From Verrucomicrobiia bacterium (GTDB taxonomy: Bacteria; Verrucomicrobiota; Verrucomicrobiia; Verrucomicrobiales; Akkermansiaceae), in assembly GCA_030430455.1 (NCBI GenBank), contig JAUIJB010000001.1, positions 35,219-99,218 on the forward strand: DNA of 64,000 nucleotides, read 5' to 3'. Below the pieces are notes generated by a model that did no database searches, was not told where the DNA came from, and saw only the letters and a list, made by a program, of their open reading frames with translations. Made by a program: the position numbers and the translations under genes. How positions within the stretch are numbered: position 1 is the first letter of the stretch; each line of letters starts with the position of its first letter. Below are positions 40,530-51,561 of the stretch, piece after piece.

Positions 40530-43097
40530 ATGTTCCAATCCCACCAGTCGCCCAGCCCGGCCCGGTTTGCTGCCCTGATCCTGACCCTTGCGGCGGGCGG
40601 GGCCCTCGCCAACGAGGCGCGGGCAACCGCGCCAATCGTGTCACCGTCGCTGGTCTTCGAGGAACGCGACGGCATCGTCGCCATCGAGGCCGAGCACTAT
40701 TTCAAGCAGCGCCTGAGCGACGAGCGGGCCTGGCACCTGACGACCCGGGAGATGGTGCCGGCGGTCGAGCCCGATGGCGACCCGAGCCACATCGCCGGTG
40801 CCTCCGGCGGGGCCTATCTGGAGATCCTTCCCGACACCCGCCGCGACCACGGCGACGAACTGGTCCACGGGGTGAACTTCTCGAACGAGCCGGGCAGGAT
40901 GGCGATCCTGTCCTACCAGGTGCACTTCAACACGCCGGGGACCTACTGGCTGTGGGCGCGGGCATTCTGCACCACCAGCGAGGACAACGGCCTGCACTTC
41001 GGCATCGACGGCGAGTGGCCCGAATCGGCCCGGCGCTGGCAGACGGTCACCCGCGACCGCTGGCACTGGAAGTCGGCGCAGCGGACCGAGGAGGTGCACA
41101 CCGGCGTCCCCGGCATCCTCACCCTCGAGGTGCCGAAGGCCGGGCGGCACGTGATCGAGGTGTCGATGCGCGAGGACGGCACCGCGCTCGACAAGATCCT
41201 GCTGGTCAACCGCAAGGACTTCGAGCCGGAGGGCCTCGGTCCGCAGCCGGCGGCGAAGTCGGGGGATCTGCCCGCCGCCTTCGACTACGTGCCGACCGCT
41301 GCCGAGGCTGCACGCGCTGCCCCCGAACCCGATGGCGACGGCACGGTCGAGATCAGCGGCGAGCTCCGGCAGTGGCACAAGGTGACGCTCACCCTCGACG
41401 GGCCGTGGGCGGACGAGCGCGACGAGCAGCCGAACCCCTTCACCGACCACTCCTTCCGGGTCCGCTTCGAGCACGAATCGGGCAGCCCGAGCCACACCGT
41501 GCCCGGCTACTTCGCGGCCGACGGCGATGCTGCGGAGTCCTCGGCGAGTGCCGGGCGGAAATGGCGCGCCCACCTGTCCCCGAACAAGTCCGGCGAGTGG
41601 AGCTACCGCATCGAATTCCGCACGGGCGAGCGGGCGGCGCTGGCCGGCGGCACGGCGGGTGAACCCTTTGCGGCGGCCCATGGCAGGGAGGGCCGCTTCA
41701 CCATCGAGCCGAGCGACAAGCAGCTGCCCGACTTCCGCGCCCGCGGCCGCCTCGCCTACGTCGGTCGCCACCACCTGCAGTTCCAGGGCGACCGCAGCTG
41801 GTTCCTCAAGGCCGGCGCCGACGCTCCCGAAACCCTGCTGGCCTACGCCGACTTCGACGACACCCGGGCGCTGAAGGAGGACGTCCCGCTCAAGACCTGG
41901 GAGCCCCACGCCCGCGACTGGAAGCCCGGCGACCCGAGCTGGAAGGACGGCAAGGGCAAGGGCCTGGTCGGCGCGCTCAACTACCTCGCGGGCAAGGGCA
42001 TGAACAGCTTCTCCTTCCTGCCCTACAACGTCGATGGCGACGGCTCCAACGTCTGGCCCTTCGTCGGGCCGCGCGACAAGCTCCACTACGACTGCAGCAA
42101 GCTCGACCAGTGGGGGATCGTCTTCGACCACGCCACCGCGCTCGGCCTGCACCTGCACTTCAAGCTGCAGGAGACCGAGATCGACGACCAGCGGACGGGC
42201 AACGATCGCAAGGCGGGGGAAATTCCCGCGGCGCTCGACGGGGGCTCGCTCGGCGTGGAGCGCAAGCTGTACCTGCACGAGCTCGTCGCCCGCTTCGGCC
42301 ATGCCCTCGCGCTGAACTGGAACCTCGGCGAGGAGAACACCCAGACGACCGCCGAGGTCGCCGCGATGTCCGAATATCTGCGCGGCCTCGACCCCTATGG
42401 GCATCACGTCGTCCTGCACACCTACCCCGACCAGCAGGACGAGGTCTACCGGCCGCTGCTCGGCAAGGAGGTGCTGAGCGGCGTGTCGCTGCAGAACGGC
42501 TGGGACCGGGTCCACCGGCAGACCGCCAAGTGGGTCGCCGAGTCGGCCGCGGCCGGCCGGCCGTGGGTCTGCGCCAACGACGAGCAGAACGGCGCCGGCA
42601 CCGGGGTCCCGCCCGACCCCGACTACCCCGGCAAGACCGATGCCGGCCACAGCATCGACGACATCCGCAAGTACACCCTGTGGGGCAACCTGATGGCCGG
42701 TGGCGCCGGGGTGGAGTACTACTTCGGCTACGGCCTGGCGGAGAACGACCTGCTCGCCGAGGACTGGCGCTCGCGCGACCAGTCGTGGGACTGGGCCCGC
42801 ATCGCGCTCGAGTTCTTCCGGCGCGAAGGGATCCCGTTCCACGAGATGACCTGCCGCAGCGAGCTGGTCGGCAACGCCGAGCGCGACAACTCGCGCTACT
42901 GCCTCGCCAAGGAGGGCGAGCTCTACCTCGTCTACCTTCCCAACGGGGGATCAACCGCGGTCGAGCTGCCCGAGGGGGCCTTCACGATCGCCTGGTTCAA
43001 CCCGCGGACCGGCGAGTCCGGCGAGCCCGCGGCTCTCGACACGCGGGAGCTCACCGCGCCCGACGACGAGGACTGGCTCGCCCTCATCCGCCGCTGA
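40530..43097 (+). CDS. secreted DUF5060-domain putative glycoside hydrolase with N-terminal carbohydrate-binding-like domain
   Basis: Start MFQSHQ with signal. IAIEAEHY...YLEILPD sensor-like module. GELRQWHKVTLTLDGPWADE...GEWSYRIEF (DUF5060-like). TIM-barrel-like LNWNLGEEN. Confidence 0.75.
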   Translation: MFQSHQSPSPARFAALILTLAAGGALANEARATAPIVSPSLVFEERDGIVAIEAEHYFKQRLSDERAWHLTTREMVPAVEPDGDPSHIAGASGGAYLEILPDTRRDHGDELVHGVNFSNEPGRMAILSYQVHFNTPGTYWLWARAFCTTSEDNGLHFGIDGEWPESARRWQTVTRDRWHWKSAQRTEEVHTGVPGILTLEVPKAGRHVIEVSMREDGTALDKILLVNRKDFEPEGLGPQPAAKSGDLPAAFDYVPTAAEAARAAPEPDGDGTVEISGELRQWHKVTLTLDGPWADERDEQPNPFTDHSFRVRFEHESGSPSHTVPGYFAADGDAAESSASAGRKWRAHLSPNKSGEWSYRIEFRTGERAALAGGTAGEPFAAAHGREGRFTIEPSDKQLPDFRARGRLAYVGRHHLQFQGDRSWFLKAGADAPETLLAYADFDDTRALKEDVPLKTWEPHARDWKPGDPSWKDGKGKGLVGALNYLAGKGMNSFSFLPYNVDGDGSNVWPFVGPRDKLHYDCSKLDQWGIVFDHATALGLHLHFKLQETEIDDQRTGNDRKAGEIPAALDGGSLGVERKLYLHELVARFGHALALNWNLGEENTQTTAEVAAMSEYLRGLDPYGHHVVLHTYPDQQDEVYRPLLGKEVLSGVSLQNGWDRVHRQTAKWVAESAAAGRPWVCANDEQNGAGTGVPPDPDYPGKTDAGHSIDDIRKYTLWGNLMAGGAGVEYYFGYGLAENDLLAEDWRSRDQSWDWARIALEFFRREGIPFHEMTCRSELVGNAERDNSRYCLAKEGELYLVYLPNGGSTAVELPEGAFTIAWFNPRTGESGEPAALDTRELTAPDDEDWLALIRR

Positions 43098-43370
43098 GGG
43101 GGCGCCAGGCCGAGCGTGCGCCCCCGTTCGCGCCCTCCCGGCAAAACCCCCCGTTCGATTCCGGGAATACGCTGCGCAAGATGCGTCTCACAGCAGGCGT
43201 ATCGGAACTTGAGGCCGCGAACCCGCGGTCTCACCGCCCGCCGGGGCTGCCCTGTTTCCCGTCGTGTCTCGCTGGAGGCCCGCACAGGCAGAGGGTGTCC
43301 CGGGCGTGTGGTTCCATCACCAGCCGGTGGGGCGGGTTCCTCGCCACCGCCGGCCCAACCAAGCATCGAC

Positions 43371-43667
43371 ATGAACTACCAGATCACACGCTTCCTCGGG
43401 AAGAGGGGCTTCATCAAGCGGAGCCTCATGTTCACGATCCCGGAAAAGTCCGAGGGCGGGCCCGCAGAGCGCATCGTCCGCGCCTTCCTCAAGGAGATCC
43501 GGATGGGCTCGCTGCGGCCCGGCGGGGGCTTCCCGAGCGCGCCGCGCCTGAGCCGGATGACCGGCGAGTCGCCGGCGGACTGCCTCGATGCCACCACCCG
43601 GCTGATCGACGAGGGCTGGCTGCGCCAGCGCCCCGACGGCGAGTTGGTCGTCGCCGAGAGGCGCTGA
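43371..43667 (+). CDS. small GntR-type winged-helix protein without effector domain
   Basis: ERIVRAFLKEIRMGSLRPGGGFPSAPRLSRMTGESPADCLDATTRLIDEGWL follows the GntR HTH pattern. Start is uncertain (alternative Met 20 codons in). Confidence 0.5.
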   Translation: MNYQITRFLGKRGFIKRSLMFTIPEKSEGGPAERIVRAFLKEIRMGSLRPGGGFPSAPRLSRMTGESPADCLDATTRLIDEGWLRQRPDGELVVAERR

Positions 43668-43715
43668 GCGAAGCGCTGAGGCAAGCGCCGACCGAGCTCG
43701 CCCTGCCGCCCGTCA

Positions 43716-44999
43716 TCAGGCGACCTTGTCGCCCTTGCTTCCCTCGTCGCCTCCGCCGTTGCCGTTGACCTGGTGCATGTGCACGTCCTGCTGCGGGTAG
43801 GGGATGCTGATGTCGTTGGCGTCGAACTCGGCCTTCACCTTGCGGGTGACGTCCCAGTAGACGCTCCAGTAGTCGCCGGTCTTGGCCCACGGGCGGCAGA
43901 CGAAGTTGACCGAGGAGTCGGCGAGCTCGTGCATCTTGACCACCGGGGCCGGGTCCTCGAGGACCAACTCGTGCTCCTTGACGATCTTCTCGAGGATGCC
44001 CTGGGCCTTCTCGATGTCGTCGTCGTAGCCGATGCCGAAGGTCATGTCGACGCGGCGCGTCTCGTTGCCGGTGATGTTGGTGATGACCTGGCCCCAGACC
44101 GACTTGTTGGGGACGATGATCAGCTTGTTGTCCCAGCTGCGGATGGTGGTGTTGACGAGGCTCACCGAGTCGACGCTGCCGGAGACGCCCGCGACCTCGA
44201 CCGCGTCGCCGACGTCGAAGGGCTGGAACAGCATCAGCATGATGCCGTTGGCGAAGTTGCTCAGGGTGTCCTGCAGGGCGAAGCCGAGGATGAAGGCGCC
44301 GCCGCCGATCAGGGCGAGCAGCGCGCCGACCTTCACGCCGAGGGTCGAGATGGCGATGATCACGCCGATGGCGAAGATCAACCGGCGGACCAGCTTGGTG
44401 ACGAAGCGGTCGAGCAGCTGCGAGCTCGTCTTGTGCCGGGCCATCGCCTTGCCGACGAGGTTGCCGAAGAGGGAAGCGAGGATGGAGGCGACGATCACGA
44501 TGACGGCGAAGATCGCGATCTTGATGACCCACTTGCGGGCGCCGTCCTCGGACTTGAACCAGCGCCGCACCACGCCGACCGTGGCTTCCGGGTTGGAGGC
44601 GTCGAAGTCGGCGCCACGCAGGCCGACCACGTAGGCCTTCACCGCGCCCGGGTCGCCACCCTTGGCTTCCCACGAGTCGAGCACGATTCCGAGCCGCTCG
44701 ATCAGCTTGCTCTGCTCCTCCTTCAGCGCGTCGAGGGTCTCGGTGGCCGCGGTCTTCGCCTCGCCCTCGGCCTCGCGCAGGGCGATCTCGGCCTCGACGA
44801 TCTCGCTGGTCTGGGCCTTGAGAAGATCCTGCCAGCTGGAGGCCTCGACGGCGAGGTCGTCGGCCGTCAGCGGCGTCAGCTTCAACTTGAGGAGATCGGC
44901 CTCGATCGCCGGGTCCGAGGTGGTTTGCGGTTCCGGACTTTCTTCGGCGGCAAAGCAGAAGGGCGAGAGTAGGACCAGGAGGAGGGCGAGGAATTTCAT
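43716..44999 (-). CDS. mechanosensitive ion channel (MscS family) with periplasmic coiled-coil N-terminus
   Basis: Start MKFLALLLVLLSPFCFA. LQDTLSNFANGIMLMLFQPFDVGDAVEVAGVSGSVDSVSLVNTTIR. Confidence 0.85.
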   Translation of the reverse strand: MKFLALLLVLLSPFCFAAEESPEPQTTSDPAIEADLLKLKLTPLTADDLAVEASSWQDLLKAQTSEIVEAEIALREAEGEAKTAATETLDALKEEQSKLIERLGIVLDSWEAKGGDPGAVKAYVVGLRGADFDASNPEATVGVVRRWFKSEDGARKWVIKIAIFAVIVIVASILASLFGNLVGKAMARHKTSSQLLDRFVTKLVRRLIFAIGVIIAISTLGVKVGALLALIGGGAFILGFALQDTLSNFANGIMLMLFQPFDVGDAVEVAGVSGSVDSVSLVNTTIRSWDNKLIIVPNKSVWGQVITNITGNETRRVDMTFGIGYDDDIEKAQGILEKIVKEHELVLEDPAPVVKMHELADSSVNFVCRPWAKTGDYWSVYWDVTRKVKAEFDANDISIPYPQQDVHMHQVNGNGGGDEGSKGDKVA

Positions 45000-45123
45000 G
45001 GCGATTGAGGGATTGGAGGGTCCGATCAAAGACGGTGGGGAGGAGGGATCAATGGAATTCTGGTGAAGAAAGCGGTTTCCGCGCCAGTTGGCAGGGAAGC
45101 CGCGGGTCGCTGGGACCGGCAAC

Positions 45124-46464
45124 TCACTCGATCATGTACTTCAGGTCCGAGGTCAGCGTCGGATAGGCCCACGGGACCTCGCGCAACTCGCGGGCTGTCA
45201 GGCCGCTGCGGATCGCCAGCGCGAACCAGTTGATCGCCTCGCCGGCGTGGTGGCGGACCAGGTGGGCGCCGAGGATGCGGTCGCTGTGGCGGTCGATGAT
45301 CACCTTGTAGAAGCCGTGCTGCTCGCCGATGCGCTTCGACGACGGCCAGCCGGTGGTGCTGCCGCGGTTGATGCGGACTTCGTGGCCGGACTCGCGGGCC
45401 TGCTCCTCGCCGAGGCCGACCGCGGCGAGCGAGGGGATGGTGAAAACCGCGCTCGGGACCAGTTGGTGGTCGACGAGCTTGTGGTTCCCGTGAAGCAGGT
45501 TGCCGGCGACCGCGGCACCCTCGAGGTCGGCCACCGGGGCGAGCAGGTGGCCGGTCGCGGCGCAGTCGCCGATCGCATAGACCCGCGGATTCGAGGGGCT
45601 CTGGAGGAATTCGTTGACCTCGACCCCGTGGCGGCCGGCATCGACGTCGCCCTTGCCGTCCTCGAGCACGCTGAGGTTCGGCACGCGGCCGGTGGCGTGG
45701 ACCACGAAGTCGGCGGGGTAGGTCTCGCCCGACGAGGCATGGACGTGGAGCTCGGATCCCTGCCGCTCGATCGAGCTGGGCTCCTCGTTGGTGATCACCC
45801 GGATCCCGTCCTCGCGGCTGGCCTCGACGAGAACATCGACGGCATCGGGATCGAAGCCCTTCAGCGGCTGCTCCGAGCGATGCAGGATGGTCACCTCGCG
45901 GGCGCCGGCACGGCGCGCGACGTGGGCGAACTCGAAGGAGATGTAGCCGCCGCCGATGAAGACAATGCGGTCGGGGAGCTCCTCGAGTTCGAGGAAGTCG
46001 TCGCTGACGTGGGAATGTTCCGCACCGGGGATGTCGAGCGGCCGCGGGGTCGCGCCGGTGGCGAGGACGATGTGGTCGGCCTCGATCACCTCGTCGCCGA
46101 CGGCCAGCGCCGACTCGGAGACGAAGCGGGCACGCTCGTGGTAGGTGGTCGCGCCGCGCTTGCGCCAGTTCTCGACCGACTTCTCCGGCTTGCCGTCGAG
46201 GAACTCGTTCTTGAGTGCCTGGAGCTGCTGCCAGTCGGTGCGCGGCGCCTCGGCAATGCCCTTGCCGACGAGGTCGCCCGCGCCGGCGACCACCTCGGCG
46301 TTGGCGACGAGGTACTTCTTCGGCTGGCAGCCGCGCAGCGCGCAGGTGCCGCCGAAGGGCCGCTCGTCGATGATGGCGAGTGATTTGCCGGCGTCCAGCA
46401 GCGCATCGGCGACGAAATAGGCGGAGGTGCCGGAGCCGACGAGGATGGTGTGGTAGTTTTTCAT
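45124..46464 (-). CDS. pyridine nucleotide-disulfide oxidoreductase (glutathione/dihydrolipoamide reductase family)
   Basis: ILVGSGTSAY, redox-active GGTCALRGCQPKK, second Rossmann FIGGGYISFEFA, and a dimerisation-domain tail. Confidence 0.85.
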   Translation of the reverse strand: MKNYHTILVGSGTSAYFVADALLDAGKSLAIIDERPFGGTCALRGCQPKKYLVANAEVVAGAGDLVGKGIAEAPRTDWQQLQALKNEFLDGKPEKSVENWRKRGATTYHERARFVSESALAVGDEVIEADHIVLATGATPRPLDIPGAEHSHVSDDFLELEELPDRIVFIGGGYISFEFAHVARRAGAREVTILHRSEQPLKGFDPDAVDVLVEASREDGIRVITNEEPSSIERQGSELHVHASSGETYPADFVVHATGRVPNLSVLEDGKGDVDAGRHGVEVNEFLQSPSNPRVYAIGDCAATGHLLAPVADLEGAAVAGNLLHGNHKLVDHQLVPSAVFTIPSLAAVGLGEEQARESGHEVRINRGSTTGWPSSKRIGEQHGFYKVIIDRHSDRILGAHLVRHHAGEAINWFALAIRSGLTARELREVPWAYPTLTSDLKYMIE

Positions 46465-46596
46465 GGGCTGAGAAATTCGACCTGGTCCTTCCCTCTCGAC
46501 CTCACCCCTGCCGTTCGAGAACGAGCACGAGAACGAAGGACGACGACCAAAGCTTGAGGGACACCCCTCCGCCCGGCTGCGCCCGATGGCCAGTGA

Positions 46597-48303
46597 TTAT
46601 TCCGCCTTCGGGGCCTGCGGCGACGCCAGCGGGGGGAACCAGCGGTCGCGCGGGATCACCATCGGCTCCGGCTTGTCGTCGTAGTAGTGCGGCGACATGA
46701 TCTGGATGCCGGCGTCGTTGAAGCCGTCCTGGATCTGGCCGTTGAGCTCGGAGAGCACGGCGTTCTTCTTCTCGGCGTGCTCGGTGTAGCAGGTCAGCAC
46801 GTACTCGGCGTACCAGTCGGACAGCGCCTTCTGGATGACCCGCGGCTCGGGGCTCTCGCTGACGCCGCCGGTGGCCTTGGCGGCATCGATCAGGATCTGG
46901 TGGACCTGGCGCCAGGGGGCGTCGTAGCCGATGGTGACCGGCACGCTGATCGGCACCCCGGTGTCCTCGGCGAGGCGGCTGAAGTTGGTGCTCGGGTTGC
47001 TGATCATCACCGCGTTGGGGATGGTCAGGTACTCCTTCTGCGGCGTGAGCACCTTCACCGCCAGCATGCCCATCTCGGTGACGGTGCCCTCGATTTCGCC
47101 GACCTTGACGTACTCGCCGGTGCGGACCGAGCCGGAGTAGAGCAGCACGAAGCCGCTCATCACCTGGTTGATCATGCCGGTCGACCCGAGCGAGACCATC
47201 AGGCCGAGCAGCACGCTGATGCCCTTGAAGGCCTCGCTGCCGGAGCCGGGCAGGTAGGGGTAGGCGAGCACGACGGCGAACATCCAGATGGCGACCACGG
47301 CGATGCGGCGGGTCGCCTTGGCGGTGTCGGCGGCCAGCATGCCGGTGTCGTCGCTGCGGCCCATGCCGCGGATCACCCGGTCGACGATGCGCGCCAGCCA
47401 GCGGGCGATGAGCAGGATGAGCGCCGCCGTCAGCAGGCCGGGGATCGATGCCATCGCCCCGCGCAGGAGGTTCATGCCGAACTCCTTGAGCCGGCCGGTG
47501 AAGGCGGCGCCGTAGGGCTCGGTCAGCGGGAACTGGTGGAGGACGAAGGCGACCCAGTAGCAGAACAGGTAGAGCCCGCAGAGGAAGGCGGCGGCCTTGA
47601 CCAGGCCCTCGGCGACGGTGCCGAGGTGCGGCCGCAGGTCGGCGCCGCTGAACTTGAGGCGCTTCCAGTGGCTGATGCGAACCAGCACGAAGCCGGCGAT
47701 CTTGCGGGTGAGGAAGCGCAGCACGACCAGCGCGGCGACGAGGATCGCGGTGGCGACGAGCGCGGTGGTGGCGCTCTTCGCGATGGCCCCGGCCGAGCGC
47801 TGCTCGAGCCGCGCCTGGCGGATCTCGCCGAGGGCGGCGAGGACCCCCTGGCGGGCCTCGTCGAGCGTCTGGCCGGCGAGCTCGTCGAGGTCGGACTCGA
47901 GCAGGGTGAAGAGGTAGGCGTCGCCGACGAGGAAGCGATGGCCGGTGTCGCCCTCGATCTCGGCCGGTTCGGTGGTGATCTCGGCCCCGAGCAGGTCATC
48001 GGAGACGCCCTCGATCCGCTCGAGCGCGTCGGCGACGCGGGCGTCGGGCCCGAGCTGGGCCGTCTGCGAGCGGAACACGACGACCGGCCGGTTCCACCAC
48101 ACCAGGGTGGCCTCGGCCGGGCGTGCCGCCGGTTCCTCGGCTGGCGGCTGGGCGGCCTCGGGCACGCCGGTGGCGGGCTGGTCGAGGACCACCTCGGGCG
48201 GTGCCACCGGGGGGTCCTGGGCAGGCGACACGTTCGGGGCGAGGGCGAAGCAAAGCGAGAGGACGCCAAGCAGCAGTCCGGCGGGCCGTCGGATCTTTTT
48301 CAT
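46597..48303 (-). CDS. mechanosensitive ion channel family protein (large N-terminal domain)
   Basis: Start MKKIRRPAGLLLGVLSLCFALA. MSGFVLLYSGSVRTGEYVKVGEIEGTVTEMGMLAVKVLT. Confidence 0.8.
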   Translation of the reverse strand: MKKIRRPAGLLLGVLSLCFALAPNVSPAQDPPVAPPEVVLDQPATGVPEAAQPPAEEPAARPAEATLVWWNRPVVVFRSQTAQLGPDARVADALERIEGVSDDLLGAEITTEPAEIEGDTGHRFLVGDAYLFTLLESDLDELAGQTLDEARQGVLAALGEIRQARLEQRSAGAIAKSATTALVATAILVAALVVLRFLTRKIAGFVLVRISHWKRLKFSGADLRPHLGTVAEGLVKAAAFLCGLYLFCYWVAFVLHQFPLTEPYGAAFTGRLKEFGMNLLRGAMASIPGLLTAALILLIARWLARIVDRVIRGMGRSDDTGMLAADTAKATRRIAVVAIWMFAVVLAYPYLPGSGSEAFKGISVLLGLMVSLGSTGMINQVMSGFVLLYSGSVRTGEYVKVGEIEGTVTEMGMLAVKVLTPQKEYLTIPNAVMISNPSTNFSRLAEDTGVPISVPVTIGYDAPWRQVHQILIDAAKATGGVSESPEPRVIQKALSDWYAEYVLTCYTEHAEKKNAVLSELNGQIQDGFNDAGIQIMSPHYYDDKPEPMVIPRDRWFPPLASPQAPKAE

Positions 48304-48397
48304 TGAGTGCTCGCAGGCTTCCAGTTTCCCGCGGCGCTGTCGAGGCGGCGGTGGGTCCGCGTCCGGCCGGAGCGGCGGACAAGGACACCCAGAGCGA

Positions 48398-51300
48398 TCA
48401 GGGTCCGGCGGCATCCTTCTCGCGGCCCTTGGCGGTCTCGCTGAGCCGCTGGACGACGTAGTAGAGCATCGGCACCACGGCGAGGCTGAAGACGGTGGCG
48501 GTGCACATGCCGCCGAACACGGCGGTGCCGAGGATCTTGCGCGACTCGGCGCCGGCGCCGGAGGCGATCAGCAGCGGGATCACGCCGAGCACGAAGGACA
48601 GCGCGGTCATCATCACCGCGCGGAAGCGCAGCCGCACCGCCTCGACCGCGGCGTCGAAGATGCTCAGGCCCTCCTCGCGCTTCACCTTGGCGAACTCGGT
48701 GAGCAGGATCGCCGTCTTGGTCGACAGGCCGATCAGGAGCACGATCCCGATCTGGGTGTAGACGTTGTTGTCCATGCCGCGCAGCATCAGCGCGCCGACC
48801 AGACCGAGCAGCGCGGTCGGCACCGACAGGCAGACCGAGATCGGCAGGGTCCAGCTCTCATACTGCGCCGCCAGCACCAGGTAGACCATCAGGATGGCGA
48901 AGAGGAAGATCGGTCCCATGCCGCCGCCGGCCTGCTTCTCCTGGTAGGAAAGCTCGGTCCACTCGTAGCCCATCGACGGCGGCAGCATGCCGCCGCCCTG
49001 CGGGTCGGCCATGTCCTCCATCAGCTCGATCGCCTGCCCCGAGCTGAAGCCGGGCGCGGCGTTGCCCATGATCTTGACGGAGGGGTAGAGGTTGAAGCGG
49101 GTGATCGTCTGCGGGCCGAGGATCTCCTCGACGCTGACCACCGAGCCGAGCGGGATCATCTTCCCGTTGGCGGCGCGGAGCTGGAGGCGGCGGATGTCCT
49201 CGGGCTGGGCGCGGAACTCGGCGTCGGCCTGGGCGGTCACCTTGAAGACCCGGCCGAACAGGGTGAAGTCGTTGACGTAGGCCGAGCCGAGGTAGGTCTG
49301 CAGGGTCTCGAAGACGGCATTGAGGGTGGTTCCGGTGCGCTTGACCGCCTCGCGATCGATGTCGAGGTAGAGCTGGGGAACCGAGGCCCGGAAGGTCGAG
49401 CGGACGTTCTCCAGCCCGGCCTGGGCATTGCCGGCCCGGGAGACCTCCGCGGCGACCGTCTGCAGCTGCTCGAGCCCGGCGCCGCCGCGGTCCTGGAGCA
49501 TGAAGGCGAAGCCGCCGGAGACCCCGACCCCGGGCAGCGAGGGCATCGGGAAGGCGAACACGGCGGCCTCCTGGATCGCGGCCAGGCGCTGGTTCATCTG
49601 CGCGATGATCGCGCTCTGGTGCTGCCCGGGATCGGGCCGCTCCGACCAGTCGTCGAAGGTGATCACGCAGAACCCGGTGTTCGAGCTCGCGGCGCCGTCG
49701 AGGATCGAGAAGCCGGAGATCTGGAGGCAGTTCTCGACGCCGTCGATGCCGGAGACGATCTCCTCGACCCGGTCGACGACCGCCCGGGTGCGCGCCGCCG
49801 AGGCGCCGTCCGGCAGCTGCACGCCGACCATGCAGTAGCCCTCGTCCTCCTGCGGGACGAAGCCGGTCGGCAGACGGCCGAGGCCGCTGACCGAAAGCGC
49901 GGTGATGCCGGCGAAGAGCATCACGCCGACGACGGCCAATCGGATCGCGACCCGGACGACCTTGACGTAGCCCTCGGTCGAGCGGTTGAGCGAGCGGTTG
50001 AAGAGCTTGAACAGGCCGCGCGGCTCCCGGGTGTTCTTCCTTAGGATCAGGCCGCACAGCGCGGGACTCAGGGTGAGCGCGTTGATCGAGCTGAACACGG
50101 TGGCCACCGCGATGGTGGTGGCGAACTGCTTGAACATCGTGCCGGTGATGCCGCCCATCATCGTCGTCGGCACGAAGACCGACAGCAGCACCAGGGTGGT
50201 GGCGACCACCGGGCCGGAGACCTCGCGCATCGCGGCGGCCGCGGCCTCCTGCGGCTTGAGGCCCTTCTCGAGGTGGACGAAGGTGTTCTCGACCACGACG
50301 ATGGCGTCGTCGACGACGATCCCGATCACCAGCACCAGCCCGAAGAGGGTGAGCTGGTTGAGCGAGAAGCCCATCAGCTGAAGCACGAAGAAGGTGCCGA
50401 TCAGCGAGACCGGAATGGTCACCGCCGGGATCAGGGTGGCGCGGAAGTTCTGCAGGAACAGATAGACCGTCAGGACCACCAGGACAAGGGTCGCGAAGAG
50501 GGTGACGATGACCTCCTTGATCGAGGCCTTCACCACGTCGGTGGCGTCGTAGACGACCGAGTACTCGACGTCCTCGGGAAAGGCGGCCTCGAGCTCCCCG
50601 AGCTTTTCGCGGACTCCCTTGGCGACCTCGATGAGGTTGGAGCCGGGGACCTGGTAGATGGCGAGCGACGCGCAGGCGGCTCCGTTGAGCTTGGCGGAGA
50701 AGGTGTAGGCGTCGGAGCCGAGCTCGACGCGGGCGACGTCGCGCAGGCGGATGCTGCGGCCGTCCTCGCCGGTGCGGATGATGACGTTCTCGAACTCACC
50801 GGCCTCGCTGAGCCGCCCGGCGGTGCTGAGGATGTACTCGTAGGCGGTGCCCTGCGGGGCCGGCGCGGCGCCGACGCGGCCGGCGGCGACCTGGATGTTC
50901 TGCTCGCGGATCGCGGCGGTGACGTCGGAGGCTGCGAGGTTGCGGGCGCGCATCTTGTCGGGATCGAGCCAGATGCGCATGCTGAACTCGCCGACGCCGT
51001 AGAGGAACACGTCGCCGACGCCGTCGACCCGGGCGAGCTCGTCGCGGATCCGAAGGTTGGCGTAGTTGCTGAGGAAGGCGTCGTCGTAGGTGCCTCCCGG
51101 CGAGGTGATGCCGACGAACATCACCGTGTCGGTCGACTTCTTGCGCACCGTCACGCCGGTCCGCTTGACCTCCTCGGGCAGTCGCGCCTCGGCCTTGGCG
51201 ACGCGGTTCTGGACCAGCACGTTGGCGATGTCGAGGTCGGTGCCCGGCTCGAACGAGACGGTCAGGCTGTAGCTGCCGTCGTTGCCGCTGACGCTCGACA

Positions 51301-51535
51301 TGTAGATCGACTGCTCGACCCCGTTGACCTCCTTCTCGATGGTCGCGCCGACGGTGTCGGCGACGGTTTTCGCGTCGGCCCCCGGGTAGGCGCAGGAGAC
51401 CTGGACGGTCGGCGGGGCCAGCTCCGGGTAGCGGGCGATCGGCAGGGAGATCAGGGCGACCAGGCCGAGGACGATCGTGACGATCGACACGACCATCGCG
51501 AAGACCGGCCGCTTGATGAAGAACAGGCTGAACAT
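48398..51535 (-). CDS. RND efflux permease, HAE1 (AcrB/MexB-like)
   Basis: MFSLFFIKRPVFAMV. VLVIGIVVDDAIVVVEN. 1045 aa with 12-TM architecture. Confidence 0.95.
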   Translation of the reverse strand: MFSLFFIKRPVFAMVVSIVTIVLGLVALISLPIARYPELAPPTVQVSCAYPGADAKTVADTVGATIEKEVNGVEQSIYMSSVSGNDGSYSLTVSFEPGTDLDIANVLVQNRVAKAEARLPEEVKRTGVTVRKKSTDTVMFVGITSPGGTYDDAFLSNYANLRIRDELARVDGVGDVFLYGVGEFSMRIWLDPDKMRARNLAASDVTAAIREQNIQVAAGRVGAAPAPQGTAYEYILSTAGRLSEAGEFENVIIRTGEDGRSIRLRDVARVELGSDAYTFSAKLNGAACASLAIYQVPGSNLIEVAKGVREKLGELEAAFPEDVEYSVVYDATDVVKASIKEVIVTLFATLVLVVLTVYLFLQNFRATLIPAVTIPVSLIGTFFVLQLMGFSLNQLTLFGLVLVIGIVVDDAIVVVENTFVHLEKGLKPQEAAAAAMREVSGPVVATTLVLLSVFVPTTMMGGITGTMFKQFATTIAVATVFSSINALTLSPALCGLILRKNTREPRGLFKLFNRSLNRSTEGYVKVVRVAIRLAVVGVMLFAGITALSVSGLGRLPTGFVPQEDEGYCMVGVQLPDGASAARTRAVVDRVEEIVSGIDGVENCLQISGFSILDGAASSNTGFCVITFDDWSERPDPGQHQSAIIAQMNQRLAAIQEAAVFAFPMPSLPGVGVSGGFAFMLQDRGGAGLEQLQTVAAEVSRAGNAQAGLENVRSTFRASVPQLYLDIDREAVKRTGTTLNAVFETLQTYLGSAYVNDFTLFGRVFKVTAQADAEFRAQPEDIRRLQLRAANGKMIPLGSVVSVEEILGPQTITRFNLYPSVKIMGNAAPGFSSGQAIELMEDMADPQGGGMLPPSMGYEWTELSYQEKQAGGGMGPIFLFAILMVYLVLAAQYESWTLPISVCLSVPTALLGLVGALMLRGMDNNVYTQIGIVLLIGLSTKTAILLTEFAKVKREEGLSIFDAAVEAVRLRFRAVMMTALSFVLGVIPLLIASGAGAESRKILGTAVFGGMCTATVFSLAVVPMLYYVVQRLSETAKGREKDAAGP

Positions 51536-51561
51536 GACTGAAGTTTGCTAGGATTCAGTGT